Below the pieces are notes generated by a model, which saw only the letters and a program-made list of their open reading frames with translations, made no database searches and had not been told where the DNA came from. A stretch of DNA of 32,000 bases from Nostoc sp. PCC 7120 = FACHB-418 (GTDB lineage Bacteria; Cyanobacteriota; Cyanobacteriia; Cyanobacteriales; Nostocaceae). The stretch is taken from NCBI RefSeq assembly GCF_000009705.1, contig NC_003272.1, forward strand, positions 4,650,001-4,682,000. The letters run 5' to 3'. The position numbers were made by a program, and so were the translations under genes. Of the stretch, positions 9,149 through 17,133 are shown piece after piece. Every line of letters begins with the position of its first letter. The first letter of the stretch is position 1.

Positions 9149-9859
9149 CTATTTTGATTTGCGCCGACGGTTAATGACCATACCACCCATAACGATACCA
9201 AGACCTATGCTAGCAGTTGGTTCTGGTACTCTGGCACGCGGTGGTTCGGGAGTCTTGGCATAAGTGGCTTTAAAGATGGAGGCATGGGAAAGATCCTTAC
9301 CTTGTGAACCATTACCGTTGAGGGCGACACCGATTGTATTGAAGAGTCCTGTTAAACCTGTTTTAGAGAAGTCAATGTCTTTGAACAGATAGGTGCTGTA
9401 TGAGGTACTACTTTTGAGGCTAACCACAAATGTAGTTGGACCATTACCAAGTGCTTTACCTAAACTCCATGTCCCAGAACTCTTGCCATTTTGTGCTTCA
9501 AAGCCAAAGTTGTCTGAGCTATCAGATTTTCCAATTAACTCCCAAGTGGCATTAGCACCAATGTTAAACAGCCCTTTATTTAAGTCATCAAGTAAAGTGC
9601 TTTGCGCTCCAGTGTCATTACCAGTAAAGGGGCCTTTACAAGCAGTTGCTTTGGTAGTGTTGGTAGTTCCAATCAAAACATCTGTAAGACTACAAGACGT
9701 ACTGGATGTATTAGTTGTAGTAGTGCTGGGAGTCTGATTTTGCTTGGGCTTGTCTTTGTTACCGTTTGCTAAAGCTGAGGGAGCTAAAGCTAAACAAGAA
9801 ATTCCTACCAAGGATGTAATCGATAACCTAAAAAATAACTTTGAAAAAGTTTTGGACAT
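9149..9859 (-). CDS. PEP-CTERM sorting-domain secreted protein
   Basis: The protein has an N-terminal signal peptide (LVGISCLALAPSALA) and a Thr/Ser-rich linker. Its C-terminus VPEPTASIGLGIVMGGMVINRRRKSK matches the PEP motif, TM helix and basic tail of exosortase substrates. Confidence 0.8.
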   Translation of the reverse strand: MSKTFSKLFFRLSITSLVGISCLALAPSALANGNKDKPKQNQTPSTTTTNTSSTSCSLTDVLIGTTNTTKATACKGPFTGNDTGAQSTLLDDLNKGLFNIGANATWELIGKSDSSDNFGFEAQNGKSSGTWSLGKALGNGPTTFVVSLKSSTSYSTYLFKDIDFSKTGLTGLFNTIGVALNGNGSQGKDLSHASIFKATYAKTPEPPRARVPEPTASIGLGIVMGGMVINRRRKSK

Positions 9860-10454
9860 TTTTATTCTTCCTGTTTCTTTTTGTTGGATAAAATTACCAA
9901 CATCTTCTTCGGTTTTCTAGCTAAAGACTGCCCAATTATCTTATATTTTTTTTGTCTTAGTATAAAAATAAAGTAAATTGTTTATATCTTTATCTACTAC
10001 TAAAGATTTAAAAAATAGCCATAAATTATAGAATCATGGAATGCTTATGAATGTAAGTCAAGTATTTTTTCTGAAAACATAAACGTGACAAATACTTACG
10101 TTTTAACCGCATACGGTAGATAACATTTCCATAAAAAACTATGTAAAATACTAGAGCATCATAGGTCGCAGTGAGCTAGAGGCATTAAATCAAAAAATCA
10201 AGTAAACAAAACATTTATTTATTGCCAATAGATATGAGAATAAATACGATGTTGTATTTACTGAAAAATATATAAAGTCTGTTTAAAGATTTGAGTAATA
10301 TAGCTATAAATTCCCATGAGAGCCATCTCATGATTTTAAAAGTATTTGAGACCAATTTGAAAAAAGAATGCAACAGATAGATATTACCAAACCCTTATTC
10401 TGTTAGGCTTTCCTAATTTTGTACTCTTGCGGAGAACCTGAAGGGTATTTTGTT

Positions 10455-10495
10455 GGCGTAGCCTTGCCGTAGGCTATGAGTGAATTTTGAATTGG
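10455..10495 (+). repeat. Small dispersed repeat with internal hairpin (related copy, inverted, at about 28655..28690)
   Basis: GGCGTAGCCTTGCCGTAGGCTATGAG followed by TGAATTTTGAATTGG. TAGCCT/AGGCTA forms a 6-bp stem. The reverse complement of 28655..28690 reads GTTGGCGTTAGCTAGCCGCAGGCTAT, about 80% similar by eye. Confidence 0.5.
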
Positions 10496-10512
10496 TATGA
10501 GATGTTGATAAT

Positions 10513-10546
10513 AGCTAAAAAATAAAGCCCTATTATAAGGGCTTGG
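10513..10546 (-). terminator. Rho-independent terminator candidate downstream of hflX
   Basis: The minus strand reads AAGCCCT-TATAAT-AGGGCTT (7-bp stem) followed by TATTTTTT. It lies about 145 nt after the hflX stop. Confidence 0.55.
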
Positions 10547-10691
10547 CAAAGAATGAATATTAATGGATATCGATGTATCTCAATATGAGTCAGTGAAAAT
10601 ATCGTTGTTCTGATTAAGGAGTTGCCAAAATTTCTACTGACTACATATTTGATAAAAATTGTAGGAAGTTTATTCAGAAAGACCTAGATAT

Positions 10692-12278
10692 TCACTGAGA
10701 GTCAACAGCATATTGAATCAGGAGACTCAGCCGCAGACGCAAGGTCTCTAACCCCAAACGCTGGCTAGCAGAAATAAACACTGCTAAAGGAAACTCTTCT
10801 TGGGCTAAAGCTAGAGTAGCGCTATCTACTTGATCAATTTTGTTAAAAGCAACCAAGGCGGGGCCAGGAGTGACTGGCATTTGTGCCAATATTTCCCGAA
10901 CTGCGCGAATGTGACTCAACCATGCAGGATGAGATAAATCAACTAGGTGCAGTAAGGCATCGGCTTCTGTCACTTCTTCCAAGGTGGCGCGGAAAGCATC
11001 CATCAATGACGCAGGTAATTCGTGAATAAACCCTACTGTATCTGTAATCAGAATTCCTTGGGGTTCTCCAGTCTCTGCATGAGGGATAACTAGGCGGCGG
11101 GTAGTGGGGTCAAGAGTGGCGAATAACTGGTCGGCGGTGTAAACTTCAGCATTTGTCAGGGCATTTAATAAGGTGGATTTACCGGCGTTGGTATAACCCA
11201 CGAGAGCGACTGAAGGCACTTCCCGATGTTGTCGCCGTTGTCTTAACCTGGAACGGTGGGCTTGTAATTGGTCAACTTCTTGTTGCAGTCGAGAAATCCG
11301 TTTTTGAATGGCGCGGCGTTCGGTTTCTAGTTTGGTTTCACCAGGGCCACGAGTCCCAATACCACCCCCTAGCCGAGACATTGCTTGACCTCTGCCGGTG
11401 AGTCTGGGCAGCATATATTCTAGTTGCGCCAGTTCGACTTGCAATTTCCCGGCGCGAGATTGGGCGCGTTGAGCAAAGATATCTAAGATAACTTCGGTGC
11501 GGTCAACGACCCGGAGACCAATTTGCGCTTCTAAGTTGCGGATTTGGGAGGGTGAGAGGTCGCGGTCAAAGACGACGAGGTTACATCCCAAGGTTTGGGC
11601 TGTGAGGGCAACTTCTTGCACCTTACCTTCACCAATTACGGTTTGGGGATGTATGCGCGATCGCTTTTGTTGTACTGTCTGTAATACTTCTCCACCTGCT
11701 GTATCCACTAACCGCGCCAATTCCACCAAGGTGTCATGGAATTGTTGGAGTGACATTTTATCAGTCATGACACCCACAATTAACACACGGTCATGGTCAG
11801 CATCTACTTCCTCGGCGATGAATTCCCGGCTGAACTCGGCTTCTAGTCCTTCCACCAAATCGATGAAATCTTGTTGTCCAAGATCATCTAAATCCAATGG
11901 TGGTGATATATTCCAACTGGGAGATTGACCATTATTTGATGATGCGATCGCTCCACTAGGTATCAAGGCATTAGCATCTTGCGGGACTAGGTGCGCTAAA
12001 TAAGCTTCTTTAACGTATCCTGTGGCTCCTCCACCGCGCCTGGTAAAGCCTGTCCCAGTTATATTGATGACTACTAAAGCATCTAAACGCTGCATTGCCA
12101 TTGCCGTTAGAGCCGCTTCATTGGGCGGTTCTGTCTTGAGATGGGTAGCGATGCAACGAATACCGCTAAGACGTTCTGCACCATAACGTGGCAATTCCAT
12201 TGGCGGAATTTGCGTTTGACGCGGTGTGCCTACGCCAACACGAATCACTTGTCCGCGACGGTTGACATAGGCACACAC
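10692..12278 (-). CDS. hflX: GTPase HflX (coordinates run from the first canonical start GTG 12278; the true N-terminus probably lies near 12431)
   Basis: GTPase motifs are present: G1 GYTNAGKST, G3 DTVGF and G4 NKID. An HflX-type N-terminal domain and a coiled linker (RLQQEVDQLQAHRSRLRQRR) precede them. The frame stays open upstream to about 12490 and encodes IETIIGNLQGLKSSQLKQLQRLYHQRIPGDRITTPEFSQRLAAISTEINLP (see findings). Confidence 0.9.
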   Translation of the reverse strand: MCAYVNRRGQVIRVGVGTPRQTQIPPMELPRYGAERLSGIRCIATHLKTEPPNEAALTAMAMQRLDALVVINITGTGFTRRGGGATGYVKEAYLAHLVPQDANALIPSGAIASSNNGQSPSWNISPPLDLDDLGQQDFIDLVEGLEAEFSREFIAEEVDADHDRVLIVGVMTDKMSLQQFHDTLVELARLVDTAGGEVLQTVQQKRSRIHPQTVIGEGKVQEVALTAQTLGCNLVVFDRDLSPSQIRNLEAQIGLRVVDRTEVILDIFAQRAQSRAGKLQVELAQLEYMLPRLTGRGQAMSRLGGGIGTRGPGETKLETERRAIQKRISRLQQEVDQLQAHRSRLRQRRQHREVPSVALVGYTNAGKSTLLNALTNAEVYTADQLFATLDPTTRRLVIPHAETGEPQGILITDTVGFIHELPASLMDAFRATLEEVTEADALLHLVDLSHPAWLSHIRAVREILAQMPVTPGPALVAFNKIDQVDSATLALAQEEFPLAVFISASQRLGLETLRLRLSLLIQYAVDSQ

Positions 12279-12515
12279 AGGGAGGTTAATTTCCGTGCTG
12301 ATTGCTGCCAGACGCTGGGAAAACTCAGGCGTAGTGATGCGATCGCCTGGTATGCGCTGGTGGTACAGTCGCTGTAGTTGCTTCAGCTGACTGGACTTTA
12401 AACCCTGAAGATTACCGATAATAGTTTCTATAGGCGTTTCGACCAGTTTACTGGCCCCCCGAATCCATCTATTGTCTATTTTACAACAGCGTCAAGGTTG
12501 CAAACTCAATCTTTT

Positions 12516-12702
12516 AGGGGTATAGGGGTATAGGGGTGTAGGGGTGTGGGGGTAGAAGAAAATATTTAGGGCTTATGCAACCACATAACTCTTAACTCTT
12601 AGTTATGGCAGAGTGCAAGGGTGTTCAACACCTATAGCTCTATCGCTGTACAGCTCCCTCATACCCCTTACACCCTCATACCCCTACACCCCCACACCCC
12701 TA
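12516..12702. repeat. Inverted pair of tandem octamer arrays, (AGGGGTRT)5 and its C-rich complement, about 100 bp apart
   Basis: Positions 12516..12555 read AGGGGTAT AGGGGTAT AGGGGTGT AGGGGTGT GGGGGTAG. Positions 12656..12702 read CCCTCATACCCCTTACACCCTCATACCCCTACACCCCCACACCCCT. The arrays lie between the divergent hflX and HAD genes. Confidence 0.85.
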
Positions 12703-12781
12703 AAGCTAATCGCTTCCGTGATTACAGAAAATAAATACTGAATCAGTTAAGCTGGCAAAAGCAGTATTCATTTTCTAAACA

Positions 12782-13567
12782 ATGACCGCAAGTAATCCTA
12801 CAATTTTAGCCCTGGATTTTGATGGGGTAATTTGTGATGGACTAATCGAATATTTTGAAGTAGCTTGGCGCACCTACTGTCAAATTTGGTCGCCTGCTGA
12901 GAACACACCACCAGATGATTTGGCTTTGAGGTTTTATCGACTCCGACCTGTAATTGAAACAGGTTGGGAAATGCCTGTTTTAATCAAAGCTTTAGTAGAT
13001 GGAAATTCTGATGACCAGATTCTTCAGGAATGGACAAGCATTACCCCCAAGATTTTATTAGATGACAAGCTACAAGCAAAAGAAATTGCTACGAAATTAG
13101 ATGGCTTGCGTGATGAGTGGATTGCTAACGATTTAGATGGTTGGTTGAGTCTGCATAGATTTTATCAGGGTGTAATTGAAAAACTGAAAATCGCTGTTGC
13201 CAGTGAAGTCAAGCTATATATTGTGACTACCAAAGAAGGACGCTTTGTAGAGCAGTTGTTGCATCAGGAAGGTGTAGATTTACCACGAGATGCAATTTTT
13301 GGTAAAGAAGTCAAGCGTCCTAAGTATGAAATTATCCGCGAATTAATTCAAGCAGCAGACCATGAACCAGTGAGTTTATGGTTTGTAGAAGACAGAATCA
13401 AAACATTACAGCTCGTTCAACAGCAGTCAGACCTTGAAGATGTCAAGCTTTTCTTGGCAGACTGGGGCTATAATACCCAATCAGAGAGAAAAGCAGCCCA
13501 AAGTGATCCGCGAATTCAACTATTATCCCTGTCTCAGTTTGCTAAAGATTTTCCTGGGTGGGTGTGA
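12782..13567 (+). CDS. HAD-superfamily hydrolase
   Basis: Motif I is LALDFDGVICDG (DxDGV), motif II is IVTTKEG, and the late acidic motif is WFVEDR. Confidence 0.75.
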   Translation: MTASNPTILALDFDGVICDGLIEYFEVAWRTYCQIWSPAENTPPDDLALRFYRLRPVIETGWEMPVLIKALVDGNSDDQILQEWTSITPKILLDDKLQAKEIATKLDGLRDEWIANDLDGWLSLHRFYQGVIEKLKIAVASEVKLYIVTTKEGRFVEQLLHQEGVDLPRDAIFGKEVKRPKYEIIRELIQAADHEPVSLWFVEDRIKTLQLVQQQSDLEDVKLFLADWGYNTQSERKAAQSDPRIQLLSLSQFAKDFPGWV

Positions 13568-13571
13568 GAAA

Positions 13572-13686
13572 GGGGTGTAAGGGTGTAGGGGTGTAAGGGA
13601 GCAGGGGAAGTAAGGAAGAATAACTATGGACTGTTGAGTAATGAGTGATGAGTAATGACAACTGACAACTGACCAATGACTAAAAT
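13572..13686 (+). repeat. Composite repeat module: octamers (GGGGTGTA-type), GGGGAAGTAA, then STRR heptamers (TGAGTAA/TGACAAC type)
   Basis: The period-8 block GGGGTGTA AGGGTGTA GGGGTGTA AGGGAGCA GGGGAAGT AAGGAAGA spans 13572..13619. The period-7 block CTGTTGA GTAATGA GTGATGA GTAATGA CAACTGA CAACTGA CCAATGA spans 13631..13679. The module ends at the ATG of the next gene (13687). Confidence 0.9.
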
Positions 13687-14877
13687 ATGCTTGACCTGAC
13701 GAAATTAGCGCGACAAATGCAGGGTTTAAGTCAGCATCTATCTCTGGAGGCTGTGGCTAGTCGCCAGCGTTTAGAGTTGGCGCAGCAAAATCTGAGAAAG
13801 GCTTTCGATTGTCAACAAAATTTAGTAGAACGTCAGGAAAAGTGGCGCGATCGCATTCTCTTTGCTAATGCTACACCCCTAGAGCCACTTAACTCCTGCT
13901 TAGATATTCCCGTTCCCCCCAAGGTGCATTCTGTCATCGCTACCGATGGTTCGCAAATTGCCCCCAGTCACCACGAAATTGCTTATTGTTACCTGTTAAA
14001 TATCGGTAGGGTAGTTTTACACTACGGACAGAATCGCTACCCTTTACTGGATAGTTTGCCAGAGGTATTTTACCGCCCAGAAGATTTATATGCGTCTCGT
14101 CAGTGGGGAATTAGAACTGAGGAATGGATGAGTTTCCGCCGCACTGCTAGCGAGGCGATCGTTTTAGCGGAGTTGGCTTGTAGTGTCCATGATACGGGGG
14201 CTTCTTCATCTCCCCCGACTCTGGCAATGGTGGATGGTTCCTTAATTTACTGGTTTTTGGAACAGTTACCCGTAGATGCACGTAACTGTATTTTACCCCC
14301 TATATTGGAAGCTTGGGAGCAAATGCGTGCTGCCAAAATTCCTTTGATGGGTTATGTAAGTGCTTCTCGAAATGTGGAAGCGGTGAATTTTTTGCGTTTG
14401 ATGGCGTGTCCTCATCCTGCGCCTGATTGCGCTAGTTACTGCCCGAATCAACTAGAAAAAGTGCCATGTAAGGTGTTTGACCCTTTGCGGGATACAGCAT
14501 TGTGGACAACTCAACTCCAGCCAGGACAACGGGGGCCTTTGTGGCGGAGTAATGCCCGGATTTTAGACCTTTATGAAGACCAAGCTATATACTTTTGCTA
14601 CGTCCATGTTGGTACAGAAATTGCGCGGATAGAAGTACCTGCCTGGGTAGCTAAAGATACAGAGATGTTTGACCAAGCATTAGGGCTGATGTTGGCACAG
14701 GTGCAGAAAGGATATGGTTATCCAGTGGCGATCGCCGAAGCGCATAATCAAGCAGTAGTCAGGGGCGGTGATAAAACCCGTTTCTTTGCTCTACTGGAAA
14801 AACAAATGATTAAAGCTGGGTTGAAAAATGTCGGGACTTCTTACAAAGAAGCGAGGAAGCGAGGTAGTATTGCGTAA
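13687..14877 (+). CDS. NurA-domain (5'-3' nuclease family) protein
   Basis: This 396-aa protein shows two DGS motifs (VIATDGSQIAP and LAMVDGSLIYW) and a C-terminal GYGYPVAIAEAHNQAVV segment. From memory these resemble the catalytic motifs of the NurA family. The assignment needs HMM confirmation. Confidence 0.65.
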   Translation: MLDLTKLARQMQGLSQHLSLEAVASRQRLELAQQNLRKAFDCQQNLVERQEKWRDRILFANATPLEPLNSCLDIPVPPKVHSVIATDGSQIAPSHHEIAYCYLLNIGRVVLHYGQNRYPLLDSLPEVFYRPEDLYASRQWGIRTEEWMSFRRTASEAIVLAELACSVHDTGASSSPPTLAMVDGSLIYWFLEQLPVDARNCILPPILEAWEQMRAAKIPLMGYVSASRNVEAVNFLRLMACPHPAPDCASYCPNQLEKVPCKVFDPLRDTALWTTQLQPGQRGPLWRSNARILDLYEDQAIYFCYVHVGTEIARIEVPAWVAKDTEMFDQALGLMLAQVQKGYGYPVAIAEAHNQAVVRGGDKTRFFALLEKQMIKAGLKNVGTSYKEARKRGSIA

Positions 14878-14885
14878 AGATGGGG

Positions 14886-14920
14886 TTGACTGTTGACTGT
14901 TGACTGATAACTGACTAACC
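14886..14920 (+). repeat. STRR tandem heptamers (TTGACTG x3 plus degenerate units)
   Basis: TTGACTG TTGACTG TTGACTG ATAACTG ACTAACC lies between the convergent NurA-domain gene and moaA. It overlaps the moaA stop codon. Confidence 0.85.
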
Positions 14921-15901
14921 TCCAATTTGTGACATTGTACGGCTGTAGACTCCTGTAGTCCCGGAATCGCGCCCTTTATAGTTAATTTCTGGTTTGATTG
15001 CTAATAAATGTCTCACCTGTTCTCTTAACTGGTGGATACTTACACCAGAGCGTAGAGATGTTTTTAGATCGAGTTGACCTGTTTCGTTTAATAAGCAAGG
15101 ACGTAGCCAGCCATCGGCACTGAGACGCATCCGGTTACAACGATCGCAAAAACACTCTGACATCTGACTGATAAATCCTAGTGTGCCTTTCGCACCAGGG
15201 ATTTGAAAAACATCCGCCGGGCCAGCACCACGAACTTGAGCATCTGTCAAGCCCCAGCGATCGCGGATTTGCTGGCGTAATTCGGCGGAAGATACCCAAC
15301 CGCGATCGCCAAATAATTCTCCGTTACCAATGGGCATAAATTCAATAAACCGGACGTGCCATTGTTTATCGATGCTTAAGGCAGCTAAATCCAGAATTTC
15401 GTGGTCGTTGACACCAGGAATTACCACTACATTTAGTTTCAATGGGTCAAAACCTACACGATGGGCAGCTTGAATACCATCCCAAACTTGTTGCCAGCGA
15501 GGGCGTCCATGACTGCCGATAATCTGATCAAAGATATGGGGATCAAGGGAATCTAAGCTGATATTGATCCGCCGTAAACCAGCATCGTAAAGATTTTGGG
15601 CGATGGGTGCGAGTAAAAAGCCGTTGGTAGTCATGGAGAGGTCTTGCGTTTGGGGTAAAGATGCGATCGCCCCCACCAAATCCACAACGTGGGGACGCAG
15701 TAACGGCTCTCCCCCCGTTAACCGAAATTGTCTAAAACCAACAGGAATAAATACTTCTTGAACTAAAGTGAGCAATTCCTCATCAGTCAATAATTGTTGC
15801 TTGAGGATATAGTTTAGCTCTGACCCCTCTGGCATACAGTACTGACAACGAAAATTGCAGCGATCTATTAAGCTAATACGGAGGTAGTCTACCTGGTTCA
15901 T
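14915..15901 (-). CDS. moaA: GTP 3',8-cyclase MoaA (molybdenum cofactor biosynthesis, radical SAM)
   Basis: The N-terminus has the CNFRCQYC radical-SAM cluster motif, followed by LTGGEPLL. The C-terminus has the second cluster motif [20 protein letters not shown]. Confidence 0.95.
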   Translation of the reverse strand: MNQVDYLRISLIDRCNFRCQYCMPEGSELNYILKQQLLTDEELLTLVQEVFIPVGFRQFRLTGGEPLLRPHVVDLVGAIASLPQTQDLSMTTNGFLLAPIAQNLYDAGLRRINISLDSLDPHIFDQIIGSHGRPRWQQVWDGIQAAHRVGFDPLKLNVVVIPGVNDHEILDLAALSIDKQWHVRFIEFMPIGNGELFGDRGWVSSAELRQQIRDRWGLTDAQVRGAGPADVFQIPGAKGTLGFISQMSECFCDRCNRMRLSADGWLRPCLLNETGQLDLKTSLRSGVSIHQLREQVRHLLAIKPEINYKGRDSGTTGVYSRTMSQIGG

Positions 15902-15953
15902 CTGGGTTTTATTTTCTATTGTGAGCGATCGTTATAGATCCCTGCTTGAAACC

Positions 15954-17009
15954 TCACCTCAATTTCTCTACTACTTGATTCTTCATCAACCTCTGCACGC
16001 TGACTAAAGCCCGATTCAACTCATAATTGCGTCTTTGGGGATTCTGTAAATAAGCTTGCTGTTCTTCTTCAATCATCTGCACATCTTTAATCACCAAACC
16101 ATCAAGGAATTTTTGGGCTGCACCAAACAAACTATCTTTGACAAAGCGGCGAAACCATACAGGTAATTTATGCAAGCGCCAAAAAGCGTTTAAAGATGTG
16201 AAATGAATTAAATAAGCTTTTGTCTGTGTCTCATTTACCGGACACAATAAGCAGTAAATTTTAAAATCTTTACCCAATGTAGACATCCAGTGGGGATAAA
16301 TGTAACTCACATCCAAGGGTTCAGGATGTAAGCGGCGCAAAGCTGGGAAAAATAATTGGGAGATAGACCAGATTTTATCTATTTTGTAATAGCTTTGGGC
16401 TTGATAATGAGCGTCTACACGTTGATCATTTTCCTCAATATCTTGTAATTCAGCTTGCGCCCAAGCTTGTAAATCCTGATGTAAATGTCCGTGATACATA
16501 TCCATCAGGTTTTCAATTAAATAAGAATAGTGAGCCTGACAGTTAATAATGGCAACACTAGCAATGTAATTTAAATGATCCCACTCAGGCAAGCCCAGAG
16601 GCTCTAAAGATGGTTCTCCATCACCGGGAAATAACCAAATAAAACCGTCTTGTTCTTTGACTGGGTAAGGGCGAATTGTGCAGTTTGGTAGTTTCTGATT
16701 TGGGGCTAAGTATGGAACGGTTGCACATTCACCATGATGATTCAAGCGCCAACCATGATAAGCGCATTCCAATTCATTGCCGATGACTTGACCATGACTG
16801 AGTTTAACTTGACGGTGGGGACAACGGTCTTCTAGGGCGTGAATTTGTCCTTCACTATCTCGATAAAGTGCGATCACCTGATGCCAAAGTGTCACTCCCA
16901 AAGGTTTACTTGTGACTTCATGACTACGTGCAACTACATACCAATGATTAAGGTTAATACCCAATTGACGGACATCATGAATAGGCACAGTTTGGGACAG
17001 AGAAGACAT
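15954..17009 (-). CDS. Rieske [2Fe-2S] non-heme iron oxygenase, alpha-subunit-like
   Basis: The Rieske motif is CPHRQVKLSHG...CAYHGW. A mononuclear-iron motif region reads ENLMDMYHGHLH. The gene lies 52 nt upstream of moaA on the same strand. Confidence 0.85.
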   Translation of the reverse strand: MSSLSQTVPIHDVRQLGINLNHWYVVARSHEVTSKPLGVTLWHQVIALYRDSEGQIHALEDRCPHRQVKLSHGQVIGNELECAYHGWRLNHHGECATVPYLAPNQKLPNCTIRPYPVKEQDGFIWLFPGDGEPSLEPLGLPEWDHLNYIASVAIINCQAHYSYLIENLMDMYHGHLHQDLQAWAQAELQDIEENDQRVDAHYQAQSYYKIDKIWSISQLFFPALRRLHPEPLDVSYIYPHWMSTLGKDFKIYCLLCPVNETQTKAYLIHFTSLNAFWRLHKLPVWFRRFVKDSLFGAAQKFLDGLVIKDVQMIEEEQQAYLQNPQRRNYELNRALVSVQRLMKNQVVEKLR

Positions 17010-17032
17010 AAATTAATGAATCCTTTTTGTAA

Positions 17033-17092
17033 GTTGTCAGTTGTCATTTGTTACTTCCCCTACACCCTTACACCCTTACACCCCTACAACTA
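17033..17092 (-). repeat. Composite repeat module (inverted orientation), same architecture as 13572..13686
   Basis: The reverse complement reads TAGTTGTA GGGGTGTA AGGGTGTA AGGGTGTA GGGGAAGTAA CAAA TGACAAC TGACAAC. The heptamer end lies 23 nt upstream of the Rieske gene ATG (17009). Confidence 0.9.
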
Positions 17093-17133
17093 AGCTAAGG
17101 TGTATGTCAACACCATCAACTAAGGAGTCTGAC

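Noticed and set aside
8897-9157. An 86-aa plus-strand ORF between grxC and the PEP-CTERM gene.
   Set aside because: It starts at a non-ATG codon and its sequence is hydrophobic and basic junk-like. It overlaps the 3' end of the PEP-CTERM gene and has no motif.
12516-12702. The tandem repeat arrays (here and at 13572, 14886, 17033, 22454, 23371, 25191 and 26163) considered as CRISPR arrays.
   Set aside because: The period is 7-8 nt with no unique spacers, and no cas genes are present. These are STRR-type microsatellite-like repeats, not CRISPR.
15902-15953. A possible Moco riboswitch upstream of moaA.
   Set aside because: Only 52 nt separate moaA from the upstream Rieske gene. That is far too short for the roughly 140-nt Moco RNA motif, and no matching conserved structure is visible.
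17041-17133. N-terminal extensions of track ORFs that begin with TTG or GTG inside repeats or spacers (17041, 24247, 27018, 31685, 28598, 2205, 2548, 18811).
   Set aside because: In each case an internal ATG gives an N-terminus matching the protein family (PsbO signal peptide, TatA MFGLG, CphA MRILKIQTLRGPNYW, and so on). The extension is repeat-encoded or overlaps a neighbouring gene.
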